Source of the DNA: Minisyncoccota bacterium
Lineage (GTDB): Bacteria > Patescibacteriota > Minisyncoccia > Minisyncoccales > JAGOPM01
DNA length: 64,000 nucleotides
Assembly (NCBI GenBank): GCA_041651395.1
Contig: JBAZJI010000001.1
Coordinates: 182,533-246,532 of the forward strand
Direction: 5' to 3'
This document shows, one piece after another, positions 1 through 10,100 of this stretch. The position numbers and the translations under genes were made by a program. Position 1 is the first letter of the stretch. Every line of letters starts with the position of its first letter. The notes under the pieces are model-generated. The model was not told the origin of the DNA, ran no database searches, and saw only the letters and a list, made by a program, of their open reading frames with translations.

Positions 1-333
1 GAGGTACAGGGGATTAAGGGCGCGGGGAAAGTGGAAAAGATTTTGCTTTCAACGCCGGTTAATGGCAGTCAGGAATTGGCTTTAGACGGTGTATTTATTG
101 AGATTGGGAGCCTGCCAGTTAAAGATTTAATGAATCAATTAGGGATAGAGACCAACGAAGCGGGATTTATTTTGGTCAAAGATGACAGGGCAACCAATGT
201 TGCCGGAGTTTTTGCCGCCGGAGATTGTACTAATGGGCATAATATGCTCAAGCAGATTATTACGGCTTGCGCCGATGGGGCAGTAGCCGCTAATGCGGCC
301 TTTAAGTATTATAGAAGTCTGGCAAATAATTAA
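1..333 (+). CDS. trxB: thioredoxin-disulfide reductase, C-terminal part (5' end lies outside the window)
   Basis: Frame-1 translation from position 1 reads ...DGVFIEIG...GVFAAGDCTNGHNMLKQIITACADGAVAANAAFKYY, matching the conserved TrxB C-terminal FAD/NADPH region. Stop TAA at 331-333. Confidence 0.7.
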   Translation, partial: EVQGIKGAGKVEKILLSTPVNGSQELALDGVFIEIGSLPVKDLMNQLGIETNEAGFILVKDDRATNVAGVFAAGDCTNGHNMLKQIITACADGAVAANAAFKYYRSLANN

Positions 334-352
334 TATAATAATACATAAAACT

Positions 353-664
353 ATGGAGATAACTTTAACAGACGCCAACTTCGATCAGGAAGTTTTGAAG
401 GCGGATAAATTGGTTTTGGTGGATTTTTTTGCCACTTGGTGCCCGCCTTGCCAAGCCATGAAGCCCCTCATTGCCAAGATTGCACAGGAACAAAGCGAAA
501 AAGTGAAAGTGGGCATTCTAAACGTGGATGAAAACCCCGTGATTGCCGGGAAATATGGAGTGCAGAGTATTCCGACATTTATTTTTTTTAAGAACGGTCA
601 GGAAGTGAAAAAATTTGTCGGGGCCGTGCCCATGAATATTTTAATGGAAGAGATAAATAAATAA
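353..664 (+). CDS. trxA: thioredoxin
   Basis: A 103-aa product from ATG 353 with a WCPPC active-site motif (variant of WCGPC) and typical Trx-fold length, directly downstream of trxB. Confidence 0.8.
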   Translation: MEITLTDANFDQEVLKADKLVLVDFFATWCPPCQAMKPLIAKIAQEQSEKVKVGILNVDENPVIAGKYGVQSIPTFIFFKNGQEVKKFVGAVPMNILMEEINK

Positions 665-673
665 CCAAAAGTA

Positions 674-702
674 AAAACCCTCGCTTCTGCGGGGGTTTTG
701 TT
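674..702. terminator. Rho-independent terminator-like hairpin after trxA; a 17-bp palindrome ATTGCATTTAATGCAAT follows at 704-720
   Basis: A GC stem (accc(t)cgc / gcgggggt) is followed by a T-run. It lies between convergent genes, so it could act for both. Confidence 0.45.
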
Positions 703-769
703 ATTGCATTTAATGCAATTAGGGATTTAAGGAGTGTTATTTTGGCGGCGCCCTTTTTGTTCCAAGTGT

Positions 770-1870
770 TTATTTTTCTGAGTCCTTGTCAAAGACAGAT
801 TGGGCGCTGATATAGGATTCAGGATTTTCACACTTTCCCGAAGAGGTTATTGCCTCCACATTCCAGAATACCGTATATTGCGATGTTTGCCAGGAGAAGC
901 CAGGATCTGTTTTTCGTATCAGATTAATAACCGCTTCTTTTTCTATTGCCATATTTTTTATCTCTCCGTCCCGAATAGTTCCAATATCAAGAGAGCCTTG
1001 CCCAACCTCGTTAAACTCATCGTTTTTCCAATCACCGATCTTAAATTGAGCTTTGAGCGTTATTGTTTGCTCTCGGTCAAAAGAGCCGATGTAATTGACT
1101 TCAGGGAACAGAAATGTTTCTTTTTTTGTTTCTGTGGCTGGCGAAATACTGGGATCGATAAACATCATATTGAGCTCATAGCGAAGGGGTGGCGTTTCGC
1201 TGATTAAACATTTGCCTCTTGCGTCATAATCAAAGACTGTTTGGGGAAAGTTATAATATATGGGTTTTTTACCCTTAGCCTCTTTGATTATTTTTATGCC
1301 TAGCAGACTTTTTTTATCCTTGCCCCAAGCCACCGGGAATTTACCGAAAAGCTTTACGCGCTCTTTTGGGCTGATGGGAGCTATAAGAATTTTATCGCCC
1401 CGGCCGCTACCGCAGATTATTTTGCCCTTAATCTTATACTCACTGGTCTTTTTTTGGCCTACCTGATCTAAACGGAAAAAATAAACCGAATATTCCGCAT
1501 TAGATTCATCAATTTTGCCGAAATGCTTTGGATCCATCCGAAGCATTAAGGCCGACATCATTTCGCAACGCCTATCTGACTCTTGCCATTTGAATGTGCA
1601 TAGACATCCGTGGGAGAATGGTTCGCCCGTCGGGTATTCTTTTCTGTAAACAAACGGCAAATTGGAAAGGCACTGAACATTTTGCCAATCGGCGATGCCA
1701 AATTCAGCTCCGAAATATTCGACAAAGAAATCGGTTCCCGAGTCGTTAATTTCCACCATAGTGCGGAAATCTTGGCTCAGCTGGCATTCTTCGGCAAAGA
1801 CTTCTGAAGAAAAACAGATGCAAGAAACAGCCAAAATACTGGTGCAAATTATTGCGATTATTTTTTTCAC
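770..1870 (-). CDS. hypothetical secreted protein (signal peptide)
   Basis: 366-aa ORF with N-terminal MKKIIAIICTSILAVSCICFSSEVFA signal-like segment. No recognisable family. Confidence 0.5.
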   Translation of the reverse strand: MKKIIAIICTSILAVSCICFSSEVFAEECQLSQDFRTMVEINDSGTDFFVEYFGAEFGIADWQNVQCLSNLPFVYRKEYPTGEPFSHGCLCTFKWQESDRRCEMMSALMLRMDPKHFGKIDESNAEYSVYFFRLDQVGQKKTSEYKIKGKIICGSGRGDKILIAPISPKERVKLFGKFPVAWGKDKKSLLGIKIIKEAKGKKPIYYNFPQTVFDYDARGKCLISETPPLRYELNMMFIDPSISPATETKKETFLFPEVNYIGSFDREQTITLKAQFKIGDWKNDEFNEVGQGSLDIGTIRDGEIKNMAIEKEAVINLIRKTDPGFSWQTSQYTVFWNVEAITSSGKCENPESYISAQSVFDKDSEK

Positions 1871-2124
1871 TCCTTACCTCCTTAAGTTTTCAATTTTTAA
1901 TTTATCCGCTCTTAATAGAGCAGGGTAATCCTTTTTGATTACACTATTTATTATATCATAAAATAGCAAAAAATCAAGAGACGAAGTAGCTAAAAAAGTC
2001 AAACTCTTTTAGGTGGTGTTTATTGGTTGCCCCGTGCGAAGTAGCGTATAACTCCGTACGCGACAAGCTAGAGGGGGTTTATTATGACTGTTGGGTTTTT
2101 TGTGGCAATTCAAAAACAGGGTTT

Positions 2125-3045
2125 TTAGCCCTGTTTTAGTGTGCTGCAAATTTCGTCTTTGGGACAATTTTGGCAGTAGATCTGCAAAGGAATAGTTGCA
2201 AATCTCATAAGGATAGTATAAATGGCCGGAGCCAGCACTGCCTGAATGGGAAAGAATTTTCCTGCCAAAACAGAAGCTAAAGTAAAATTGCGGTAAAGGC
2301 CAATGAGCCCGATTGTCGCCTTTTGTTTTTTTGTTTTGCCGACTAAAAATCCAAAACCTATTTCTACCAAGGAGACGATAATTAAAGCGATGGTAATCCA
2401 AAATATCTGATTGAGATTGCTAAAAACCGTTTCTCTGGCGCCGGCAACAATAGACCAAATCACGCAAAATATCAGAATAACATTTATTTTTTGCCCCTGC
2501 GGTTTTATTTGCTTGTCGAGTTTTAATATTTTTATAATGTAGGCAAAAGCAAAAGGAATAAGGATGGTTTGCAGAATAAATCCGGATATGTCGGTAAATT
2601 TTACTTCAATAATTTTTCCGGCCAATAGCCAAATCATCAAAGGGGTAAACAAGGGGCTTAAGAGATGCGTATAAACCGAGGCGGCCAATGATTTGCTGGT
2701 ATCCCCGTCCATAATATCTGTCATTGCGGCCGCGGAAACCGCTACGGGCGTAGCACAAACTAAAATTAGCCCAACGAAAAATCCCGAAGGTATGACTCGG
2801 CTAAAGGGTAGGCAGAGAATGGGGGCAAGAATCAGGACAGCCGCGGAAATCAGCGCCGCTTCCCGCCAATTTTTGAATTCCTTTTTTAGAGCTGGGATTT
2901 CTATATTCAGGAAACTAATGGTCATTATGCAGCCCAGGAGAAAGGTGGAATACGGTTTTAAGAGCAACCCGAATTGGGGGAATATTAAAGCAATAAATGG
3001 AGCCAGGCCGATAATATAAGCCGAATACCTTTTTAGGAAATCCAT
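2125..3045 (-). CDS. polytopic membrane protein, possibly BASS/SBF-type (bile acid:sodium symporter family) transporter
   Basis: 306 aa, roughly 9-10 hydrophobic helices, with size and helix pattern similar to the SBF/ACR3-like fold. A terminator hairpin (2111-2137) overlaps its stop codon. Confidence 0.4.
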   Translation of the reverse strand: MDFLKRYSAYIIGLAPFIALIFPQFGLLLKPYSTFLLGCIMTISFLNIEIPALKKEFKNWREAALISAAVLILAPILCLPFSRVIPSGFFVGLILVCATPVAVSAAAMTDIMDGDTSKSLAASVYTHLLSPLFTPLMIWLLAGKIIEVKFTDISGFILQTILIPFAFAYIIKILKLDKQIKPQGQKINVILIFCVIWSIVAGARETVFSNLNQIFWITIALIIVSLVEIGFGFLVGKTKKQKATIGLIGLYRNFTLASVLAGKFFPIQAVLAPAIYTILMRFATIPLQIYCQNCPKDEICSTLKQG

Positions 3046-3048
3046 AAA

Positions 3049-4011
3049 TTAGCGCAGATACATTTTGGTATTTTCTAGATGCTCGGCAAAATCACGCGAG
3101 GTGTGGATGTAGCCGGCTTTGTCGTGCATGTAATAAAGTTGGTCGGTAGTTTCAGGGTTGAGGGCCGCGCTAATGGCGGGCAAAGATGGGTTGCAGATGG
3201 GCTCTGGTGGCAAACCTTTGACTACATAGGTATTGTAGGGGGAGTCGATTTTATAATTTTCGCGGACAAGTTTTGGCCACCAGTCAGTGCTGGTGCCCAT
3301 GACGTATTGGACCGTGGCATCTATTTGTAATCTTTGGCCAAGATTCAGCCGATTTTGCAAAATACCGGCAATAATGGGTAATTCTTCCTGCCGGTAAGAT
3401 TCGCGCTGTAAAAGGGAAGCAATAATCAAAGTTTGTTTCTTTTTTTTCTCGCTCACGCCCGCCCAAATTGATTTGGTTTTTTTGGAAAATTCATCAAGCA
3501 TTTTTTTAGCCGCTTCTTTAGGCGCAATACCGCTTTTAAGCAGGTAAGTTTCGGGGAACATGCTGCCTTGCAAAGCATTGGCCAAAAATTCTGTTTTCTG
3601 TTCGTTGTCCCAATTTAATTCTTTGGCGAAAATATCGACAATTTCTTCATTACGCAAACCCTCAGGCACTTGGACCCAGAATTCGCTTTGCTTGGAGGTT
3701 AAAACATCGACTAATTGTTGCGGCCACATGCTGGGAGAAACCAGGTAGCCCCCGGCCTGGATTTTGCGCCCACGCAAAAAACTCAAAAATATGGTTTTGT
3801 TTCGGAATATTTTTTCCTTTTTGAGGCGCTCAATTATTTTATCCTGCGGCTCATTGAGTTTGACGATAAATTCCTGCTTAGGGCGGGGCTGGAAGCTAGA
3901 TGGCCCAAAAGCATTAAGCCAGAATAACGCTATTGTAGCTGCCAAAATCAAAAAAATTACGCCCGGGACTAGTAATTTTTTCCACAAAGGTGGAGCTTTC
4001 ATGTAGTTCAT
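3049..4011 (-). CDS. mltG: endolytic murein transglycosylase MltG (YceG family)
   Basis: N-terminal TM anchor, then conserved YceG-like blocks (GGYxL..., LQ.DATVQY, YNTYxxKGLPPxPI.NP). Confidence 0.75.
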   Translation of the reverse strand: MNYMKAPPLWKKLLVPGVIFLILAATIALFWLNAFGPSSFQPRPKQEFIVKLNEPQDKIIERLKKEKIFRNKTIFLSFLRGRKIQAGGYLVSPSMWPQQLVDVLTSKQSEFWVQVPEGLRNEEIVDIFAKELNWDNEQKTEFLANALQGSMFPETYLLKSGIAPKEAAKKMLDEFSKKTKSIWAGVSEKKKKQTLIIASLLQRESYRQEELPIIAGILQNRLNLGQRLQIDATVQYVMGTSTDWWPKLVRENYKIDSPYNTYVVKGLPPEPICNPSLPAISAALNPETTDQLYYMHDKAGYIHTSRDFAEHLENTKMYLR

Positions 4012-4155
4012 AAGACAAAATCAGCATAGCACAGCTTTTCCAATCGCCCTGTGGAAAGTTTTTTTGGGTTGACCCAGAAAAGGATTTATAATAAGGGCGG
4101 ATAAAGCTTTTTTTGAAAAGCTTAATCCTTTTGCGTATATATAAAAACATAAAAT

Positions 4156-7100
4156 ATGTCCCAATATAAAGTTTTTTGTAAAGCCATTTTCACGGTTTTC
4201 TGCGTTGTGATGGTTTTGGCATTTGCCGGTATCGCTAATGCCTTTACCCAGCAATCAACATCGCAAGTGAAATTCAGCAATATTAGCGTTTCTGGCGGTG
4301 GCGGGCAAATATTTATTTACGATAATAATAAATATGATCCGCAGACTGTTTCTGCCGATATTCGCAATACGCCGCTTAAGCCCTGCCTTGATACGAGGCA
4401 GCTTGGCAGTGGCGGGCTGAAGATTTCCTGGAATTTATCCGCCGCTAAACCGGTAGGCTTTGATCATTGGTATGTCCGCTATGCCTGCGCCAGCACGCCG
4501 GCTATTGCAGCTGATACCAATACTATCGGGCGGGCATATTCTGATACTATTACTTGGAGTAGCCCAGCTTTATCTGCGGGACAATATTGCAAGATTTGGG
4601 CCTATGCCATGAAGGGCAGTAATTCTAATGAAGGTCTAAATATTGGCTTGGGAGGGGCTAACACCAGCCCGATTCAAGCTTGTTCTTTGAAGCCCTCAAT
4701 TTCTATTTTAGAGGGCAAGACCCTGAGCGTGTCCTCAATTTCTATCACTGTCCGCTATAACGACACAGGGGACAATTCTGATAGAGGACAAATTTATGCT
4801 TACGTCTATGACTCTCTTTGCACAAAATTAATCGGTTATGCCGGACCTTCGACCGTAAGTAAGAATGGGACAATTACTTTGGTTAAGGGTTCTCTGGATG
4901 CTAACACGACTTATTGCGTGAAGCCTTACGCAATTTCTGATGACAATGTCAGGGGATTTGGGGCTACCCAAATGAAAATTACCACTGGTGCCAGCTCTCC
5001 TAAGCCTGCGGAAGATTTTTCTAATAATTTCAAAATTTGTCGAACAAGCGATACGGACAAGTGCAGCGATTTTACTACTCAAAGTCCTCTGACCTTACTG
5101 GCCTGTAATTCTTACGTTGCCGGTTTAGGTATCGCAAAATTTAACACTTGCTATCTTGTCAGTGACACAAATAGTGTTTTAGCGTGTAATGCGGCTTGCT
5201 CTAAAGCTTCCGGAGAGGCTTCTGAAGAGCTTTCTTATTGCGATACGGCCTTCAAATGTGTTGGCGGAAAAATGACCAAAACGGAATGCAAACTCAAAAA
5301 CGGTAATAAAGATTGTTGGACCGGGCTTTATTGCGGCGGGCAGTGGTATAATGCCGATTCTAAATGTATCCCCACGACCGCAGCCTTATTAATAAATCCT
5401 TATATTCCGGAAACAACTGATTTCAAATGTGTTTCCGAGACACTAAGTTCTAAAGTAGAAACCGCGCTTTTCGCCAAGTTGCTTTCGACTGGCGGGGCGG
5501 CCAGCGCCAATGTGTTTTTTGATGTGTATGATAAAAGCGCGAAATGGGTTGCCAGCCAGAGTTTTTCAGGAAAGGCCAGCGGTAGTGAGATGAGCTACAA
5601 TCCTTTACTCGAGCAAGGGACTGAATATCGCTTCAAGGCTTCGGCCTATACTTCTGGCAATTCCACCTCCGTTTCTGTTTTATTTACGACGCCTTATTGC
5701 ACAACGCCTGAGCCCTTGGAGGAACTTTCATATTGTGATGGTTTAGTTTGCCGAGGAGTAAAAACAACCAAGACCAAATGCCGCACCGAATTAAATAAGG
5801 GTTTGGACTGCCGCGCCGGGCTTTATTGCGGCGGGACAGCAAGCAATCCGGACCAGACTTGCAAAGCCGGTGCGCCGGCGGATTATAGTTTGCTGCTTTC
5901 TGTGCCCGAGGTGACCGTCAAAGATTGCAGTGCTGCCGGCTCTAAAGCGGATATTTCTGTGATTATGATGCCCAGCCTTGGCAGTAATAACAGCGGCAAT
6001 ATTCTAGTTGAACAGCTTGATGCCAATGGCTCGGTGGTGACCAGTAAGACGATTGCAAGCGTGCGCAGCCTGGAGAATTATTACTGGAATTTTTCTTTAA
6101 GCCCCAAACAGGCCGCAAAGGTTCGGGCGACCTTGTATGTAGTGGGCGGTAAAACTATTCAGACCAAGGATGTGGTCGTAAAGTGCGCCGAGGAACCAGT
6201 GAGTGTTTTTTCTTATTGTGAAGCCAAAACTTGCGTGGCCCGCAAAATGACCGAATCGGCTTGCCGGGCAGCTAATGGCGGCAAGGATTGCTACGTCAAT
6301 GCTTATTGCGGTGGGAAGATAAATAATCCCGATGCTAATTGTTTGGGTCTTGACCAAAATAAGATTGAAATTGTTTTACCTAGCCAGTTTGATCAGATTT
6401 GCGCTGGCGATACCATTATCCGCGCACCTGTGAAAATTAGAATTATTTCCACTTTTGGCGGAGTAATCGGCACAGCGACCGTGAAGGTATTAAATAGTTT
6501 TGGCACGGAGATACTTTCCCAAAAATATACTGATGCTAAAGCCGGGAGTGCCTATGGCAATGAAGTGATATTCCAGCCAAACCAAAAATATAAAGTGGAA
6601 GCCAGTTTAGGGACCAGTAATGCCGCGCCTTCTATTGTTTCTGCCGAATTCATTGCCAAGAGCTGCGCCACCCAGACCGATGAAGTCAAAACGAGATCAT
6701 TTTGCTCCGGTATTGTTTGCCGGACGGTGAAAGAAACTGCCGCAGAATGTAAAGCGGAAAATAACGGCAACGCCTGTTTTGAGGTTCCTTATTGCGGTGG
6801 AACTATTTCTGACTACGGCGACAGTAAGTGCACCTCCATAGACACTTCTAAGGAGCGCTCTTATTGCTCTGCCGGGAAGTGCACTACTATAAAAACCACG
6901 GCCGCTGATTGCAAAGCGCGCAATAATGGCAACGCATGTTTTGAGGTGCCATATTGCGGCGGGCTTTGGTATAACGGCGATTCCAAATGCCAACAATCCA
7001 GTTGCAGTAAAGAGAGTTTAAGAAGCTTATCTTCGGAACTTCGAAGCGTTTATGAAAATGCCGGCGGATATAAAAAATATTGCTACAAGGGGGTAACATT

Positions 7101-10100
7101 GAAAGTCGGTTTGTCATTATACGGCGCGATACAGTGCCCGAATTTGTACATGCCGTATGTGGAACAGGATGTGTATCTTTCGAATACATCTTTAGATTTA
7201 GCTTGGCGGCTCGCCGCGACCACTGAGCAGGAGGCTGTAAATAATATCCAAGGATATATCGATAATAATATTGCGAGGCTGACTAAAGATTGCGAATGCT
7301 ATAAAGGTATTATTGTCAGTCGATTGATGGAAACTGCGCCGGCTGGCGGAACAGTTGATTTCCCTTATTCGGCGAGATTAGTCGTGGATACAACTTCTGG
7401 CCGATATTTTAATGATATAACCGGGTGTGATGAATCATCAAAGACTGGCGGTGAATTTTGCGTTGGCGGAAACACTATCGAAGATGTAAAAAATAATGCA
7501 AGAAGATATATTGATAACCATCCAAATGAGTTTACTAAAACCCAATGTATCTCTACCGATACTATCAAGGAGCGTTCTTATTGTTCTGGCAACTCTTGCA
7601 TAACTATCCGCAGTACGGCTACCGCCTGCCGTGAGAAGAATAATTGGCAGGATTGTTTTGAGGTGCCATATTGCGGCGGGCTTTGGTATAACGGCGATCA
7701 AAAATGCGCTGCCCTCGATCCTGTGCAGGAGCGCTCTTATTGCCTTGGCGCAACTTGCAAAACCGTGAAGACTACGGCCGCTAATTGCAAAGCCATGAAT
7801 AATGGAACGGATTGTTTTGCTCTACCATATTGCGGCGGCACAATCTCTGATTATGGCGATAGCAAATGCGGCGCGTTAAAGCAGCTGACGATTACCAACC
7901 CAACAGCTTCTTATTGGAAACTTAACGATAACATCGATTTCACTTGGATTAATGGCAAGCCGGGAGAAACAGTTTACATTTCCCGTTGGCTTAATTATGG
8001 CAGCAATAGTTTAGCGCTTTGCGCCGGGCGCAATGATGCCAATGGCTCGGGCTCTTGCCGTTGGACGGTGAATGCGCAGCTTGGCAAACATACTATTTGG
8101 GCTAAAGCTGCCAGCAGCCAAAGGGACTTTGATACAAAAGTTGAAATTGAGGTAATCGAACACTTGCCTGAAAGCAGCCTTTCCTTGAAAAATAATTATT
8201 TCAGCTCCAATGTTTGGGATGGGCCTCTTCAGCGCAAACAGGTAGCCGGGTTCAAAGTGACCGCCCAAGAATCTACCCAGAATCTCACGAGATTTAATTT
8301 GGATTTTTCCGGAAAGATTTGGGAGAACTTTGCCATCCTTGATGTTTATGACGCCACAATGGGGACTTCAATATTTTCCAAGAGTATTATTGCCTATGAT
8401 TTTATCCAGAGTGGTTCATATTGGAGGATAAATATAGAACCGTTCAGATTGCAAGTTCCTTTGGAGGCCAATTATCCGCACGAATTGCAGGTTTTCCTGA
8501 CAAGCCGCGACGGTCAACTTTCTACCGTCAATTATCAGATATTTGTTAATAAGAATGCGGCTCGCGCCACGGGTGCTAATGGTTTGAGTTATTATGCGCC
8601 TGATAAAGATGCGGAAGTTTCAAATTTCTTCCGAATCGCTCCGCAGCCGCCTAAATATTTTGCCTGTTCCAATGCTCTTTGCCAGATTGTAAAAAATCCT
8701 TTAACCGGCAAAGAAGTGCAAAGTGAAGCGGAATGCCAAATTGCCACGAATTTTGCCAAGACTTGTTACTTAAATGACAGCACTTGCCAAAATATTTGCA
8801 AGTCAGTTTGTGTCAAAGATGGTTTTGCCTACAAGGATCGCGGAGATATTTGCTGCGCCACTGATGGTTACAAAGAAATCGATTCTTCCGTTTTGAAAAA
8901 TGACGGTAGCTGCACGGCTGGCAATCCTAACGTGAAAATTTGCTCTAAATGCGGCAATGGTTCTTGCGACTCAATGGAAAATAAATGTAACTGTTCGCAA
9001 GATTGTGGCGCCTTATGCAACAAGGTTAATCAGAATGCGGTGGATGCCACTCTTTGTTGCCCGGGTTTGACTTGGCTTTCTAACCAATATCGCCTTGGCC
9101 GCGATGGGGGTTGTGTAAACAGCGGCTTTACCAATGGTATTTGTGTTAATACCAAATGCGGAGACGCTAAATGCGAAGGATATGAAGATAAATGCAACTG
9201 CCCAGTTGATTGTAAAGAAGTTTTGGGTTGCAAAGCAGCCAACCAGAATGCCGATTCCCCCGGCTTGTGCTGCCAAAATCTTGATTGGCTTTCCAATAAA
9301 TATCGCCTCTCCAGTAATGCGAGCTGTGCGGACAGCGGCTTTATCAATGGTATTTGTGTAACCACTAAATGTGGCGATACCAAATGCGAAGGATATGAAG
9401 ATAAGTGCAACTGCCCGCAAGATTGCAGTGGTTCGGTTATTCCCGGAACTTGTGTTGCCGAGGGTAAAGTGATTTATCCAGATGGCAGCGCGTGCTGCTC
9501 GGGTTTAACAAAAATTACCGGCCAAAATGTCGGTTATGACGGCGTAACTTGTGTAGATGTATATAGCAGCGGCATGGGTTTCTGCTCTAAATGCGGAGAT
9601 GGCAAATGCGAGAATCCGGAAAATAAATGCAACTGCCCGATTGATTGCGCTTGCGGCAATGGGAGATGCGACGGCAATGAAAATTACCAAACTTGTCCGC
9701 AGGATTGCGAAAAGCCGACTGAGGAAAAATATTGTTATAAGGGAATGTATATTTATTTCTCCAATTATCCTAATCCCAAAGTTAACAACGCAAAATACTG
9801 GCTTTCCAATTGGGATTTTGGTGGCGACTTAAAAGGTTTTAGCGGTTCTGTTGAAACGGCCAAAGCCGCGGCAGAAATGTATGTGGCTTCGCTCTGCGAT
9901 GGCACTAATGCTAAGAGCTATAATTGCACTCAGTGCGAGCGCACCGACCTTATTCCCGAGGTCATGGAAAAAATCTGTTTCAATAACAAGACATATTACT
10001 ACCGATCCAATAAACCCAATGCGGAAAGCAAGACTTTATTCTGGGTGAAAATAATTTTAGGCGGAGAATTAAAAACAATAGGTCATGATAGCGAGAGCCA

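Noticed and set aside
2009-2401. 130-aa minus-strand ORF overlapping the end of the transporter gene
   Set aside because: It overlaps the longer, hydrophobic-helix-rich ORF in another frame and spans the terminator hairpin.
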